Source: Antedon mediterranea (lineage: Eukaryota; Animalia; Echinodermata). Taken from it: 64,000 nucleotides of DNA. The notes beneath the pieces were generated by a model, which saw only the letters and a list, made by a program, of their open reading frames with translations, was not told the origin of the DNA and did no database searches. The translations under genes were made by a program, and so were the position numbers. The stretch spans positions 13,204,352-13,268,351 of the forward strand of contig NC_092678.1 in assembly GCF_964355755.1 (NCBI RefSeq), in the 5' to 3' direction. Positions 13,801-27,500 of the stretch are shown here, one piece after another. Position 1 is the stretch's first letter. Each line of letters begins with the position of its first letter.

Positions 13801-16800
13801 CGTTTTACACCGCAAACACAGGTTCATCCTGGGTGCGTCCCCCGGGTTGACTTGAGGGAGAATGCTCCAACCGCCCCAAAATGAGATTCCAAAAAATCAT
13901 TATATCCTACATGAATTGTCTGTGTTTTTTTCAGTTTTTCCTCACAAATACAGTATCGTACTGCGTTGCGTTTAGTGCGTTGGATAAATTAGACGAACAA
14001 GCTAAAATACGAGATCCAGCATTGGTAAGTTTACTAAGTTAGATTATGCTATTATATTAAAATGTAATATTAATAGTTTAATAATAATGTACGTTGGCTA
14101 TATTATATTATACAGTATAATATCCTTTTAAATCCATTTTACATTTAAATTTAGGGTCCGTTAGGATTGACTAATTTGGACATAATTCTGTTCTGGGTAA
14201 GGTCAGTATATGAACATACTGTAGCACAATATGCTTCAGGAAACATCATTTCAATTGATGGCAAAGTGATAAAATCGCCTCCCATCAGTTTGGTTGCTAC
14301 TCATATAGACAAATTGCCAGGGAGAACATCAGAAAAGCTGAAAGAGGTAATAGCCACAATAAAATAGACAGATAGAAATATGAATAGATATTGATTATTT
14401 CTGTCTACTAGATTATAACAGTGTTTTAATGAAGTAGCAGTATGTAAATACATAATTAATATACATGTAATATAAAGAGCAATGGTCCTAACGTTGAGTA
14501 TTACAACATGCATACATATTATAATATAATATAAAAACAAAATTCCTGCTGGCTTTTTTTTGGGAGAAAAACAAAGTGTATACATTTGTGAGTCGTTAAA
14601 AATCATCAATACATACTGTTATGCGTTTGGGTAACACTTTCAAAAGACAATTGAAATATTAGGCAAACATCTATCACATCAATAAAAATAATAATACCAT
14701 AAAAAAAGTGTAAGTAAGTAATGATTAGTGCCGGGATTAGTGCTTCAACAAACACAAAAGTGTATAATGATATTATGATAAGAAAATTATAGGTGTTTAA
14801 ATGAATGGTTTGTGTTGCAGGCTATGTACTAAATTGGACAGCCAACTGTTTATCGACATGTTTTTAGACTTATAGCTTGAATAGTGTGTGTCCGCAAATA
14901 TATCTTTCTCACGAAGTGTTTCAATTCAATTGTAGTATTGAACCGTATTTACTGTATTATGTAAATATTCAACCAAACGGTTACATTGGGGTTTTTTCAG
15001 TATTGACACGACCGTGGTTGTAGGCATAGTATGTATAGACATAGGACATCTCACGTAATATCAGTTATTTAGCTTCGTATCATCTGGACCGCTATGCAGC
15101 GCATGTAGGCTTACATACGATTTCTCATTTAAAAATAGTAATCCACTGAAACATTGAACATTGAATTTTGAATTGACAGACTTTAGCAGTAGGTATGGTT
15201 GGCAACATTAAAAACACACTGCAATATATTACAGTTAAAAGGTATTCATTTTTTATAAACGTAAACTGTAACAATATAAATACAGGTACTGTTATTATTT
15301 GAAGGTTCAGAATATGTATGAGACCATTTTTGCTAAAATGGAAAGAATGGAATATGCCGAGCATGTAGATCGTGAAATGTACATGGTCAACAACACGGTG
15401 AAATCACACGAAGGTATTGAGAAACTTAAGAGAAACGTTGTGAAATACATGGATGTAATAGGGACGAAGGTAATTCCTCTAAAGTGGCTTGATTTTCAGG
15501 AAAGATTGCAACAAATTGGAAAAACAAGACTGTGCATTACATTTAATGAGGTAAATCTTGATTGTGCTTTCATGGTATAATAGCAATATCTATTTTGCTA
15601 CTCGGAGACTGCGGCAATTAACAAACTCATAGAATAATAAATAAAGACGCATACAACATAAGTTCTGGCTTAAATAGTTTAATTAGTAAATGAACATTCA
15701 CCCATGTAAAACTGCACATAAAAGTCATAAGCAAATATAAGTTATATAGCAATAATTTTCCAATTCTAAGTAAGCACAACAGGGATGCTCAGAGAAAAAT
15801 AGCCCTATTGCCATAAGTGTCATAATATTGGGCGGTAGGGAGGGAAAATTGTCTTCAACTTAATGTGATCGTGTTAACAGAGAGGATGCTTGATCAAAGA
15901 GGTCGCACACCCGCCTTCTCCGTTCTCAAAATAGAATTGTGTTTCCAACCCAATTCTTGATTTTTGCTACTCGGAGACTGCGGCAATTAACAAACTCATA
16001 GAATGATAAATAAAGACGCATACAACATAAGTTCTGGCTTAAATAGTTTAATTAGTAAATGAACATTCACCCATGTAAAACTGCACATAAAAGTCATAAG
16101 CAAATATAAGTTATATAGCAATAATTTTCCAATTCTAAGTAAGCACAACAGGGATGCTCAGAAAAAATAGCCCGCGGCAGGTGCCAAGGCACCGCCAAGA
16201 GCAGCCCACCAAAGAGCAGGAAACAAGGAAGAATGTTCACTTACTCGCATGAAACTGAGATAAAAAAAAACAACCAGGACTCCCTGGAAGAGTCTCCAAA
16301 GAGACTGATAGGTACAAAAATCACAATTAATACAACGATGCTCCCCATGAAAGTATACGCAGATACTTCATGGTGAGCATCAGCACCTTCCACCCAAGGC
16401 TAATCCAAGGGCTCCACTACCGTGCACTGCAATGGGAGCAAAGTTGTACTAACACATCGCCAATAAACAATACTGACAGAAAAAACAAAAACGCATGGAT
16501 GTGAGTAATAATGTAAATGTAGATTTTTATTATGTTGTTGAAAATTCGTAGAAATATAAATTATTCAATGAAATACAACAATACAGCTGGCCACCTCTTA
16601 AACATGATGAGGGAAATCCCTGTTTTCAGTTTTTGACCGCCCATTTGGAGATCTAAAAGTATGATGTTTTTTGATTGGAGTTTCCGTAACAACCTGAGGT
16701 GATTGTCAATTAGATTGCCAAGGGCTTTAGGTTGTCAACAAATCATGTCCCAGGTTAAGATAAAATATGATAAGATAAATCTTTATTGTCATGAACACAA

Positions 16801-19800
16801 CAAGGCGAGCATGAAATTGGTTTTCCTTGATGCTTAAAAACACATACAATATATAAAACATTAAAAATATCAATACAATACATTAAAAATATATACAGTT
16901 GTAAACAAGTAAAACAAACTATCTTTGAAATGTTGAGTTGGAAACATGAATAGAGTTGTGGACGATGTCTAGAACAGAATTGGTGAACTTTCAAAAATTG
17001 TTTTCGGTTTTTCGGTAGGTTGATCCAATATTTAAATCAAAGACACATATAAAATAAAAATATAATGTTTAAAGTACATATTGTTAACATATTAAAGTGA
17101 TTGGTTGAGAATTGATTTTTCGATTCTCAAGCCACAGTCCATTAGTTCCATTGTCTCGGGCTGAGTGAGGCTAACCTGTGACTGTCAGTAGCATTTTGGC
17201 TTAACGGAGGTTAAATCTTCTATATATTGTATTTAACCAACATTGATTATAATTATGATTAATATATTTGCCATTCCTAACGTTCCGAAGAATTAATAAT
17301 AGGTAGGCCTACTTAATTATTTTGAAGTATTTTAAAACATATTAGTTAGAAATGCGCAACATCCCTATTATAGTAAATGGAATCATCCGTACCATGAAAG
17401 TTAAAAACTTTATGGACAGGTTCACTTATTTTCAAGGGATATTCTTTGATTATTATTGATTGAGGATTATTTATATATATATATAAATTTGCCATTGGAT
17501 ATATATATATAAAGTATGAAAGGAATCATATTTTGTAGGTTTTTAGTTTTAATTGATTAATTTAAAACTGTTAGTACTGCTATAGAAATCTATGTTTGCA
17601 TTTTCTTCAATTAATATTTATTTTTTAAAATGAAAACATATTATTTTTAAAACTGAATTTATTGTAATTAATTAAACTAGATGGTCGTGTCCACGGATGG
17701 TTCTCGAATACACAGTAATTTCAGCGTGAAAAAAAAAACAACGAAAAACTGGCGATTTCAAATGTACGTACCGCAGGACTATAGAACATTGTCGTTTACA
17801 GAAACGAATAAATAGACACGATGATTTATGTAGTCAACTAAAATTAGCACCATGGTAATTAGACCTACTTCCGAAGAAGGAGAAACTTTTTATTTGAACT
17901 CATTTAAACAAACCCAATTTGTGTTTTGTATATAACATTAGGGTTGAGGGATAGGGAAGAGGATGTAACGATACACCACTACGAAGTTTATATTGTTTAT
18001 AATTAATTATTAATATAAACGTTGAGAAGCAGCTGTCAGTAATACAGTTTCTTATTTGTATATTATGTGTTTAAATATCCAGCAGTAGAGCATACCCACG
18101 GTAACAGTAATACATGTTCTTTGTATATGTGTTTATATATCTAACAGTAACCACATTCACCGTAAGAAAGTTTCGATTCAAATGGCGACCAAAAATGGTT
18201 AATACGTATTTACAATAATGTCAAAGTTTTGCAATATCTCAGTTTTAAGTTTATTCTCCAAGGGCTCATAAATTTACCTACTTGTGTTAAACCAACACCC
18301 CTATTTAGGGCAAATAATTGAACCTAAATTCGTTTTAATTGTTAATAACTAATTATCTGACTAAATTTAATTAATAAACAGGGTTACATCAGGTGGTAAA
18401 AACCAGTACCGAGATTCTAACCAACTTTATCATCGAGTAAACATTCTAGGAATAACGCACGATTTACCGAATTTTTTCCTTACGTAAATTTATATATAGA
18501 TTATTATTGATCAACAGGTATTTAATCTATACAGTAATGGAAGAAAATATGAAAGAAAATTATCAGAATCAGATTCTTTAATGAACACATGTAATTCCGA
18601 CAGTTTGAAAAAGAAAATTGATCGTGCAAATAATGTTTACGTTTCAACATATTTTTATTTATTACATATTTCTATGGTATCAAAAACATATTTTTAATAA
18701 ACATTTGATTTAAAATTGTGTATTTATATTATACAATTAACTGGTGAAACAATGGGCATGATGTGATTTATAATTAAGAGCTATGTTAGATTTTGTGTAA
18801 TTTTGCGATTAACCAACACATTTTTATTTTGTTACATATTTTTCGTGTTTTATTAAAAATTGTGTATTTATAGTATACAATTAAATAGTGAAAACAAAAA
18901 ATGGGCATTATGTGATTCATAATTAAAGAACTATCTTTGATTTGTATGTATTTTTGCGATAAAACGACAATTTTTTTATTTTTTTTATATTTTTTTTTTA
19001 TTACACGTTAACAACATGTTAACAAAAACATATTTTTTAATAAAGTTTTGAAGGAAAATGATGTATTTATATTATACAATTAACTGGTGAAAAAATGTGC
19101 ATAATGTGATTAATAATTAAAGAGCTATGTTAGATTTTTGTGTATTATATTACATTCAAATATTACCTATTTTCATTATGTATTATGATAAAACAATATT
19201 TTATGATTTTTTTTTGCAAAAGTTTTATAGAAGATGTATTTACATCAATCAATAACAGTTGAAAAAAACTAAGTTGGTACAATTTATGGTTGTCTTACGT
19301 GCTGTCCGTTTGGCCAATATGAACCCCTATCAGAAATCGATGTAAGAATACAATACAACAAACCCCAAAACGTAGTGTGTATTGCCGTACGATATAATTA
19401 TTATAGGTATTATACATATGTACAATGGAGCTAGGCTGAATTCAAAACTTCACTTGACCGAACTTATGGAAAGGTACACGTTTGTTTGTTTGTGTAATTA
19501 CTAGGCATAGTCGTTTGTAGACGTTAATATAGAAAGTTAGCTTTTATATTTTACTTAGAAGTAGAAGTGTGTATATATTTTTAAAAAATATATAAAATAA
19601 TGTATATTATTAAAACTAGAATTTAACTCGTCACTTTGACCTAATATACTGTGTATATATAAAGGAAATAAACAGTGTCCCAGTAAAATATATCACACCG
19701 TAAGGAAAACTGGATACTCGAAGTAATATCTGATACTAAGGTGAAAAATGCTAGTCTGTTATCGCTCGACATACCATACCAATGTGTAATGTGGTTTGCG

Positions 19801-21554
19801 ATTACTATAGTGCCTGTCTGTTAAAAAATGTTTGTGTCGTTAATATCTTCCTACGAGAGGATTTATGTATGGGCCTTGTAATGTGCGAGTCGTTATCGTT
19901 TATGTATGGGCCTTGTCGTTGACTAAGGCGAAAGTAAATGTGCGAGTCGTAATCGCACGACATATAAAATTCATGTGCGAGTCGTTATCGCACGACATAT
20001 AAAATTCATGTGCGAGTCTTTATCGCACGACATATAAACATTCATGTGCGAGTCGTTATCGCACGACATATAAACATTCATGTGCGAGTCGTTATCGCAC
20101 GACATATAAAATTCATGTGCGAGTCGTTATCGCACGACATATAAAATTCATATGCGAGTCGTTATCGCACGACATATACAATTCATGTTCGAGTCGTTAT
20201 CGCACGACATATAAAATTCATGTTCGAGTCGTTATCGCACGACATATAAAATTCATGTGCGAGTCATTATCGCATGACATATACAATTCATGTGCGAGTC
20301 GTTATCGCACGACATATAAAATTCATGTGCGAGTCTTTATCGCACGACATATAAACATTCATGTGCGAGTCGTTATCGCACGACATATAAACATTCATGT
20401 GCGAGTCGTTATCGCACGACATATAACATTCATGTGCGAGTCGTTATCGCATGACATATACAATTCATGTGCGAGTCGTTATCGCACGACATATAAAATT
20501 CATGTGCGAGTCTTTATCGCACGACATATAAACATTCATGTGCGAGTCGTTATCGCACGACATATAAACATTCATGTGCGAGTCGTTATCGCACGACATA
20601 TAACATTCATGTGCGAGTCGTTATCGCACGACATATATAATTCATGTGCGAGTCGTTATCGCACGACATATAAAATTCATGTGCGAGTCGTTATCGCACG
20701 ACATATAAAAATTCATGTGCGAGTCGTTATCGCACGACATATAAAATTCATATGCGAGTCGTTATCGCACGACATATAAAATTCATGTGCGAGTCGTTAT
20801 CGCACGACATATCATGTGCGAGTCTTATCGCACGACATATAACATTTATGTGCGGGTCGTTATCGCACGACATATAAAATTTATGTGCGAGTTGTTCATC
20901 GCACGACATATTATAAAAGTATATGTGCAGGTAATGTCTGTGTCGTTAACATCTTCCTACAAGAGGATTTATGTATGGGCCTTGTCTTCGACTAAGGCGA
21001 AAGTAAATGTGGGAGTCGTTATCGCACGATATATAAAATTCATGTGCGAGTCGTTCATCGCACGAAATATTATAAAAGTATATGTGCAGGTAATGTCTGT
21101 GTCGTTAATATCTTCCTACAAGAGGATTTATATATGGGCCTTGTCTTCGGCTAAGGCGAAAGTAAATGTGGGAGTTGTTATCGCACGACCTATAAAATTC
21201 GTGTCAGAGTCGTTAATCGCACGACATACAGGGATTACAGTATAATATAAGAGTATAATATGTGCGGGTAATGTTTGTGTCGTTAACATTTTCCTACGAG
21301 AGGACAACATATAAAAGTAAACAGAAATATATATATATATATAGTGGTATGATACTCGCTCTGTAAGCGAGAGGTTGCAGGTTCGAATCCCGCCAGAGAC
21401 ATTTTTTCATACAACTAAAAAATATGGTACTTTCGCCAATGAGCTATGCTCGACGCGATTATGAGATCATGTTCCGAATATTAGCACTGTTTCTATAATT
21501 TACAGTATGATTTATATATAATTTACACAGTGCTACGCAACATCATTGATGACG

Positions 21555-21585
<31 letters not shown>

Positions 21586-24500
21586 CAATGATGTTGCGTA
21601 GCACTGTGTAAATTATATATAAATCATACTGTAAATTATAGAAACAGTGCTCATATTCGGAACATGATCTCATAATCACGTCGAGCATAGCTCATTGGCG
21701 AAAGTTCCGTATTTTTTAGTTGTATGAAAAAATGTCTCTGGCTGGATTCGAAAGTTAGCTTTTATATTTTACTTAGAAGTAGAAGTGTGTATATATTTTT
21801 AAAAAATATATAAAATAATGTATATTATTAAAACTAGAATTTAACTCGTCACTTTGACCTTTATGCGTGGAAGTATGAGTAGCATCGCATAAGGTGCCGA
21901 TAATACCATACATGGCTCTGTGGTCTAGTGGTATGATACCCGCCCTGTAAGCGAGAGGTTGCAGGTTCGAATCCAGCCAGAGACATTTTTTCATACAACT
22001 AAAAAATACGGAACTTTCGCCAATGAGCTATGCTCGACGTGATTATGAGATCATGTTCCGAATATGAGCACTGTTTCTATAATTTACAGTATGATTTATA
22101 TATATATATATATATACGTATAAAGTCGGAAAAAACATGTGTTAAATCACAATGGCGGCCGAACAGTTGGCCCTCGTGTAAACTGGAATCACACCAGTAG
22201 CCTGAACACACCTTAAAACACACTCACGTTACCACACATACAGTACATAGGTAGACTTTCCATAAAGGAAAGGGCTGTAGTATTTGTAGTCGTGGAAGTA
22301 TGAGTAGCATCGCATAAGGTGCCGAATTGTTAGAAAACTTACTTGTAAAAATGTTGCTGTGTTAGGATGGAAATTGGTGATGGAAAATAAGGAAAATTGT
22401 CTTCAACTTAATGTGATCGTGTTAACAGAGAGGATGCTTGATCAAAGAGGTCGAAAACCCGCCCTCTCCGTTCTCAAAATAGAATTGTGTTTCCAACCCA
22501 ATTCTTGATTTTCATACCATTTCTACGTAAATGTGATGGCAATTATTGTGTGCACAACATATTTAAGCTTAGTTAGATTCACCTAATCTGAGCTTTACAT
22601 ATAAACAACAATAAAATAAACAACAATATCCAATGAAAAGGATTATAATTGAATGTCGGTTTTCTTTTGATCTACCATTTCCCTCTTGGTGAGTTCATTC
22701 TTATTCAAATCACGTGTTCGTTCAAGAATATTCGGACTCGAAGACCACGTCACGATACCAACAGTTTGTTAGATGATAGTGTATCATTTTGTAACGGCTA
22801 AAAATAAAGTATTTGAAAATTCGCAATTCCTCTAAAAGACACTGTAGAAAAAAAACAGTGTAGTTTTTTAGTGTGATAGTATAACTATTTTTCTCGGTTC
22901 TTATTATTTATTTAAAAAACCTACTTTTGATCTGAATATGTGATTGTTTTACTTATTTTATAGCCTTTGCCATATACACTCTTAATGATATTGTACCACA
23001 TATCAAATTAATAGCTAAATATGTCGATTTTGTATGTATGTATGTATTGATTTTTTATTCGATTGTTTTAAAGGAAATTTAAAGTAATAAATTATAGTTT
23101 ATACACAGCACAAGTACTTTCTTTTAACTAAAGATGTGGTATATAAATGTGGGTAGATTTTAGAGTTATAGAAGTTTTAGGATGAATGGTATATTGTTTC
23201 TAAATGGTAATTAAAAAGTGAATGTTAGTCAAGGGAGACACTTTATCAAAGTTCCAACCACAGTTATTATTGACACTTTATTTCTGTATACCAACGGGTA
23301 TATCTAATAGTGGAACCACAAAAATGTAGGATAGACTAATTTCTAATTGTCAACACATTCAGGGTGTTTTTAGTTGTTTACTAAGATGCATACTAGCACA
23401 CTTCATTGTTAAATTAGCCGTTCAATAGTTTTACAAACTTTTCAATCTACCCACCCAGCCATCCCCCGGCATCATCCAACACCTAACTTCAACACAGGCG
23501 CAACTCATATGTTACTCATTTTATTCGCTCATTTGGCTGGTTTAATTCTGGTGAATTATTTTGCCCTCAAATTCCACAATTTATCTCACTTACATCTTTA
23601 CCGATAAATACTTAATAACAACCATTTGATTTACTGGCTCCTGTGACCACACACTGGACCTTTAATACAGCGATGTCATATGAGTGGTAGACCCCAATTC
23701 AAGAGGCCAAAATGTAGTTTATTATTAAGCTTTAGTAGTAATTCGTTAGCCCCCGAGCTTTAATACACCAGACAATAATTGTATCAAAGTAAAACATTTA
23801 CGCCATCCTAATAACACAATAAACTATCCATTGTTTTTGCGAACAAAATTAAAAATATACAAATAATACATCAAAACACAATGCTGTTACCTTAACCAGC
23901 TTACAAGTGACTACCAAATATCAACGAATCATTATACATTCAAATACAGAAATGTATACAATATGAGCCGTATCTAAAACTATAAACTAATTAACTAACT
24001 AATGCTTAAATCAATATAATCTAATGATACTGTTAAAATAAGCCTTGTAGGTTATTATTATTATTATATAATAATATTTTCCCCTATTTGCATTATAACA
24101 TTTAATAACATAATATGCATTGTAGTAATTGGAAGTGTAGGCCTAATTACATTATGAATACAATTGTAGTTTGTTATCACAAAGTTTATATTACTCGCTT
24201 ACATGTTATAGCATGTTGCAAGGAAAAGCTACTAACTGCATGAGACCTGTATACCTACCTGGATAGTGAACGTATCGGTTGCATTAAATATAGGTACACT
24301 TTTGTTATTTATTCTAACTAAACATCTACAATGGGCAACGTTGAAAACAATGAGCCAAATATTTCTAATTTTAATATTAGCGCCGCTGAACCGAACACCT
24401 GGCTGTCGACTTTCATCAAGTCAATCATGGGCTGCAAAACCATTGCTGATATTAAATCAACATTATGCGACGCAGTCACCAAGATTGTCTCCTTGGAAAA

Positions 24501-27500
24501 AGACATTACCATCCTCAATCTTGAAATCACCGGTTTACAAAAAGAACTGATTAATTTGCACGCCGATATGCAGGAAAATTCTGATTTCATGGATGTTAAG
24601 CTGAAGGATATTGCCGAGGATACGCAGCAATCCACTACGGAATGCATAGAAGAGATACGCGACAAAATCGACAACCTAGAAGGACGTCAACGCCGTAACA
24701 ATCTGAGGTTTACTGGCATACCCGAACAAGCGGAGGATAGCGAAGGTACTGTTAATTTCCTTTCCTCATTTATTTCCAATACCACCGGCATCAAAATCGC
24801 TAATGGTGATATAAAACGAGCCCATCGAGTTGGACCACGTAATACCACCAGGGATAAACCGAGACCACTTGTTGCATACTTTCTCAGATATTCCACTAAA
24901 GAAAGAGTACGCAAGGCAGCTCCAAAAGTGAGACCTAAATTTAAAGATAATAACATCTACGTAAATGATGATTTTACCAGCAGAGTGATAAGTAGAAGAA
25001 TGGCATTATACTCATCGATGAAATACCTGCATTCCAACAAAGTAAAGGCCTGGCTCCACCTTGACAAATTGCGTTACATAGATACAAATGGTTATGTTCG
25101 CACATTCATCGACATGGATCATCTTGCCAAATACTACCCGAACCTCAAAGAAGCACATGCCCCCGAAGCTACTGAGTAATTCTAGTCGTCGCAATAATTA
25201 ACTTTACTTTGACTCTACTTACCGTCAACCGAAATATTACCTATAATACATTTTTATTTCAAGAATTGTTTATTTTGCTTCTCATTAATTATGTATTAAT
25301 GTATACAGTCTCATGCATGCTTATTGCTGTATTTCTTTTTTAGATAACGTTATACGCAGCTATTGTTAATGAATGTTAATTATCTTCACTTACTTCCTTT
25401 TTATGACTTTAATGTGAACTCTGAACTTACTAACAACAATGATATTTCTAACATAACCTTTAATCCAGTTAATTACAATGAAAATGACAAATATGATGAA
25501 TCTTTTGAACAACTAATTAATAATCTCAATTCACAGTCAGTTACCCTAGATGAATGCAGCTTTTATGATTATTCACAATTTAATTCTAAGTTTAATACAT
25601 CCTTTAATACTAAAGTATCTCTCCTGCATCTTAATATTAGAAGTATTACGCATAAAGTTAGTGATCTCGAATGCCTTTTGAATTCAATTAATAACAAATT
25701 TTCCATAATCGGTATCAGTGAAACATGGCTTAATGAAAACTCCCCTATTCCTTTCATTAATAACTACTCCTTCTTTGCAAGCAATAGAAGCAATAATCAA
25801 ATTGGCGGAGGAGTTGCATTTTTTATACGTAATGATATTAGAATTACAATTCGAAATGACTTAAAATTACCAGACGACCTTTCCGAATCACTTTTTGTTG
25901 AGATTGAAAATTCAAAGACAAAAAATGATATTATAGGCATTATTTACAGAGCCCCCTGTGGAGGGCTAGATTCTTTTACTAAATCCGTCGATAATGTATT
26001 AACCCAAATTAACAATGAAAACAAAAATTGTCATCTCATGGGAGACTTCAATATTGATTTATTAAAATTCCATAACCATAAATTAACAAACACCTATCTA
26101 AATACTTTAATTTCCCATTCTTTTTTTCCAACTATTTCAAAACCAACTAGGATTACCTCAACTTCGGCCACCTTGATTGATCATTTTTATTCCAAACAAT
26201 CTAACTATAAAATAGTTGCTGGTGTTTTACTTAATGATATCTCCGACCACCTTCCTATATTTCAGTTCATTGATCAAGAAAATAATGATCAAAACCTTGA
26301 TGATAATAGCGCCAACTATTCATTTCGTATAAACGACCTAAATGCTTTATCGATTGATTTAGAAGGTGAAGACTGGTCTATGATATTTGATTGTGACCCA
26401 AGATTGAGTTTTGATATATTTATGGAAACATTTACAAATATCCACTCCAGACACTTGGTTAAAAGTAGTATAAAATCAAATAAAACGTTTAAACAACCAT
26501 GGATGTCATCTGCTCTCTTAAAATGTAGTTCTCGGAAACATAAACTCTATAACAAATATATGCACACACGTAGTAATAATGACAAACTAAACTATACAAA
26601 ATATAATAATATTTTCACTAATCTTTGTCGCACTGCTAAAAAGAATTATTATACTTCCCAGTTTGATAGATATAAAGGTAATCTGAAGAACACATGGCTT
26701 GTAATAAATTCTGTTTTAAATAAAGGTAATAATAATAACAAGCACCCGAATCTAATTAAAGATGGTGATAATATTTACAAAACTCAAAAAGAGATATGTG
26801 AATCGTTTAACAACTATTTTTCTACAATTGGTCCTAATCTTATTAATAGTATGCCAACTAATATAACTGATCCATTATCTTATCTTCATTCTGCGTTTGC
26901 CAACTCATTTTATATTAGCCCAGTTTCAATTGATGATGTTAACCTAACTATATACAATCTAAATTGTAATAAAGGGTCTGGATCTGACGGTATTACTGCT
27001 CGTGTCTTAAAATCTGTATCTCCCTTAATCATCCACCAACTTACCCATTGTATAAATTCATCTTTTTTATTTGGCACTTTTCCAACACACTTAAAACTAG
27101 CTAAAGTTGTGCCCATTTTCAAGAAAGGTGAACGAAGTCAATTATCTAATTACCGGCCAATATCACTACTTTCAGTGTTTTCCAAAATTATTGAAAAACT
27201 CATGTATTCTAAACTTTCTGATTATCTCACAATATTTGATATACTTAATAAACGCCAATATGGTTTACGAAAAAATCACTCTACATCCCATGCCGTTTTA
27301 GATCTTATTAATACTATTACAAATTCATTTGAATCAAAAGAAAATGTATTAAGTTTATTTATTGATCTTTCAAAGGCCTTCGATGTTATTAATCACGATA
27401 ATTTAATTAAAAAACTTGAGTGCTATGGAATTAGAGGTATTTCATTGAATTGGTTTAATAGTTATTTGTAAGATAGAAAACAATATGTTGCATTAGGATC

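Noticed and set aside
19880-21310. CRISPR-like array of 35-36-bp palindromic repeats; ORFs 20117-20779 and 20787-21245
   Set aside because: The units are contiguous with no unique spacers, there are no cas genes and the context is eukaryotic. The ORFs are by-products of a stop-poor repeat.
21914-21985. Functional tRNA gene
   Set aside because: Acceptor and anticodon stems are imperfect, and the sequence is fused to a repeated body present in several local copies, so it is a SINE head.
24266-24956. Short overlapping or antisense ORFs over LINE ORF1 (likewise those antisense to Polinton genes)
   Set aside because: Shadow frames of real coding sequence with no recognisable motifs.
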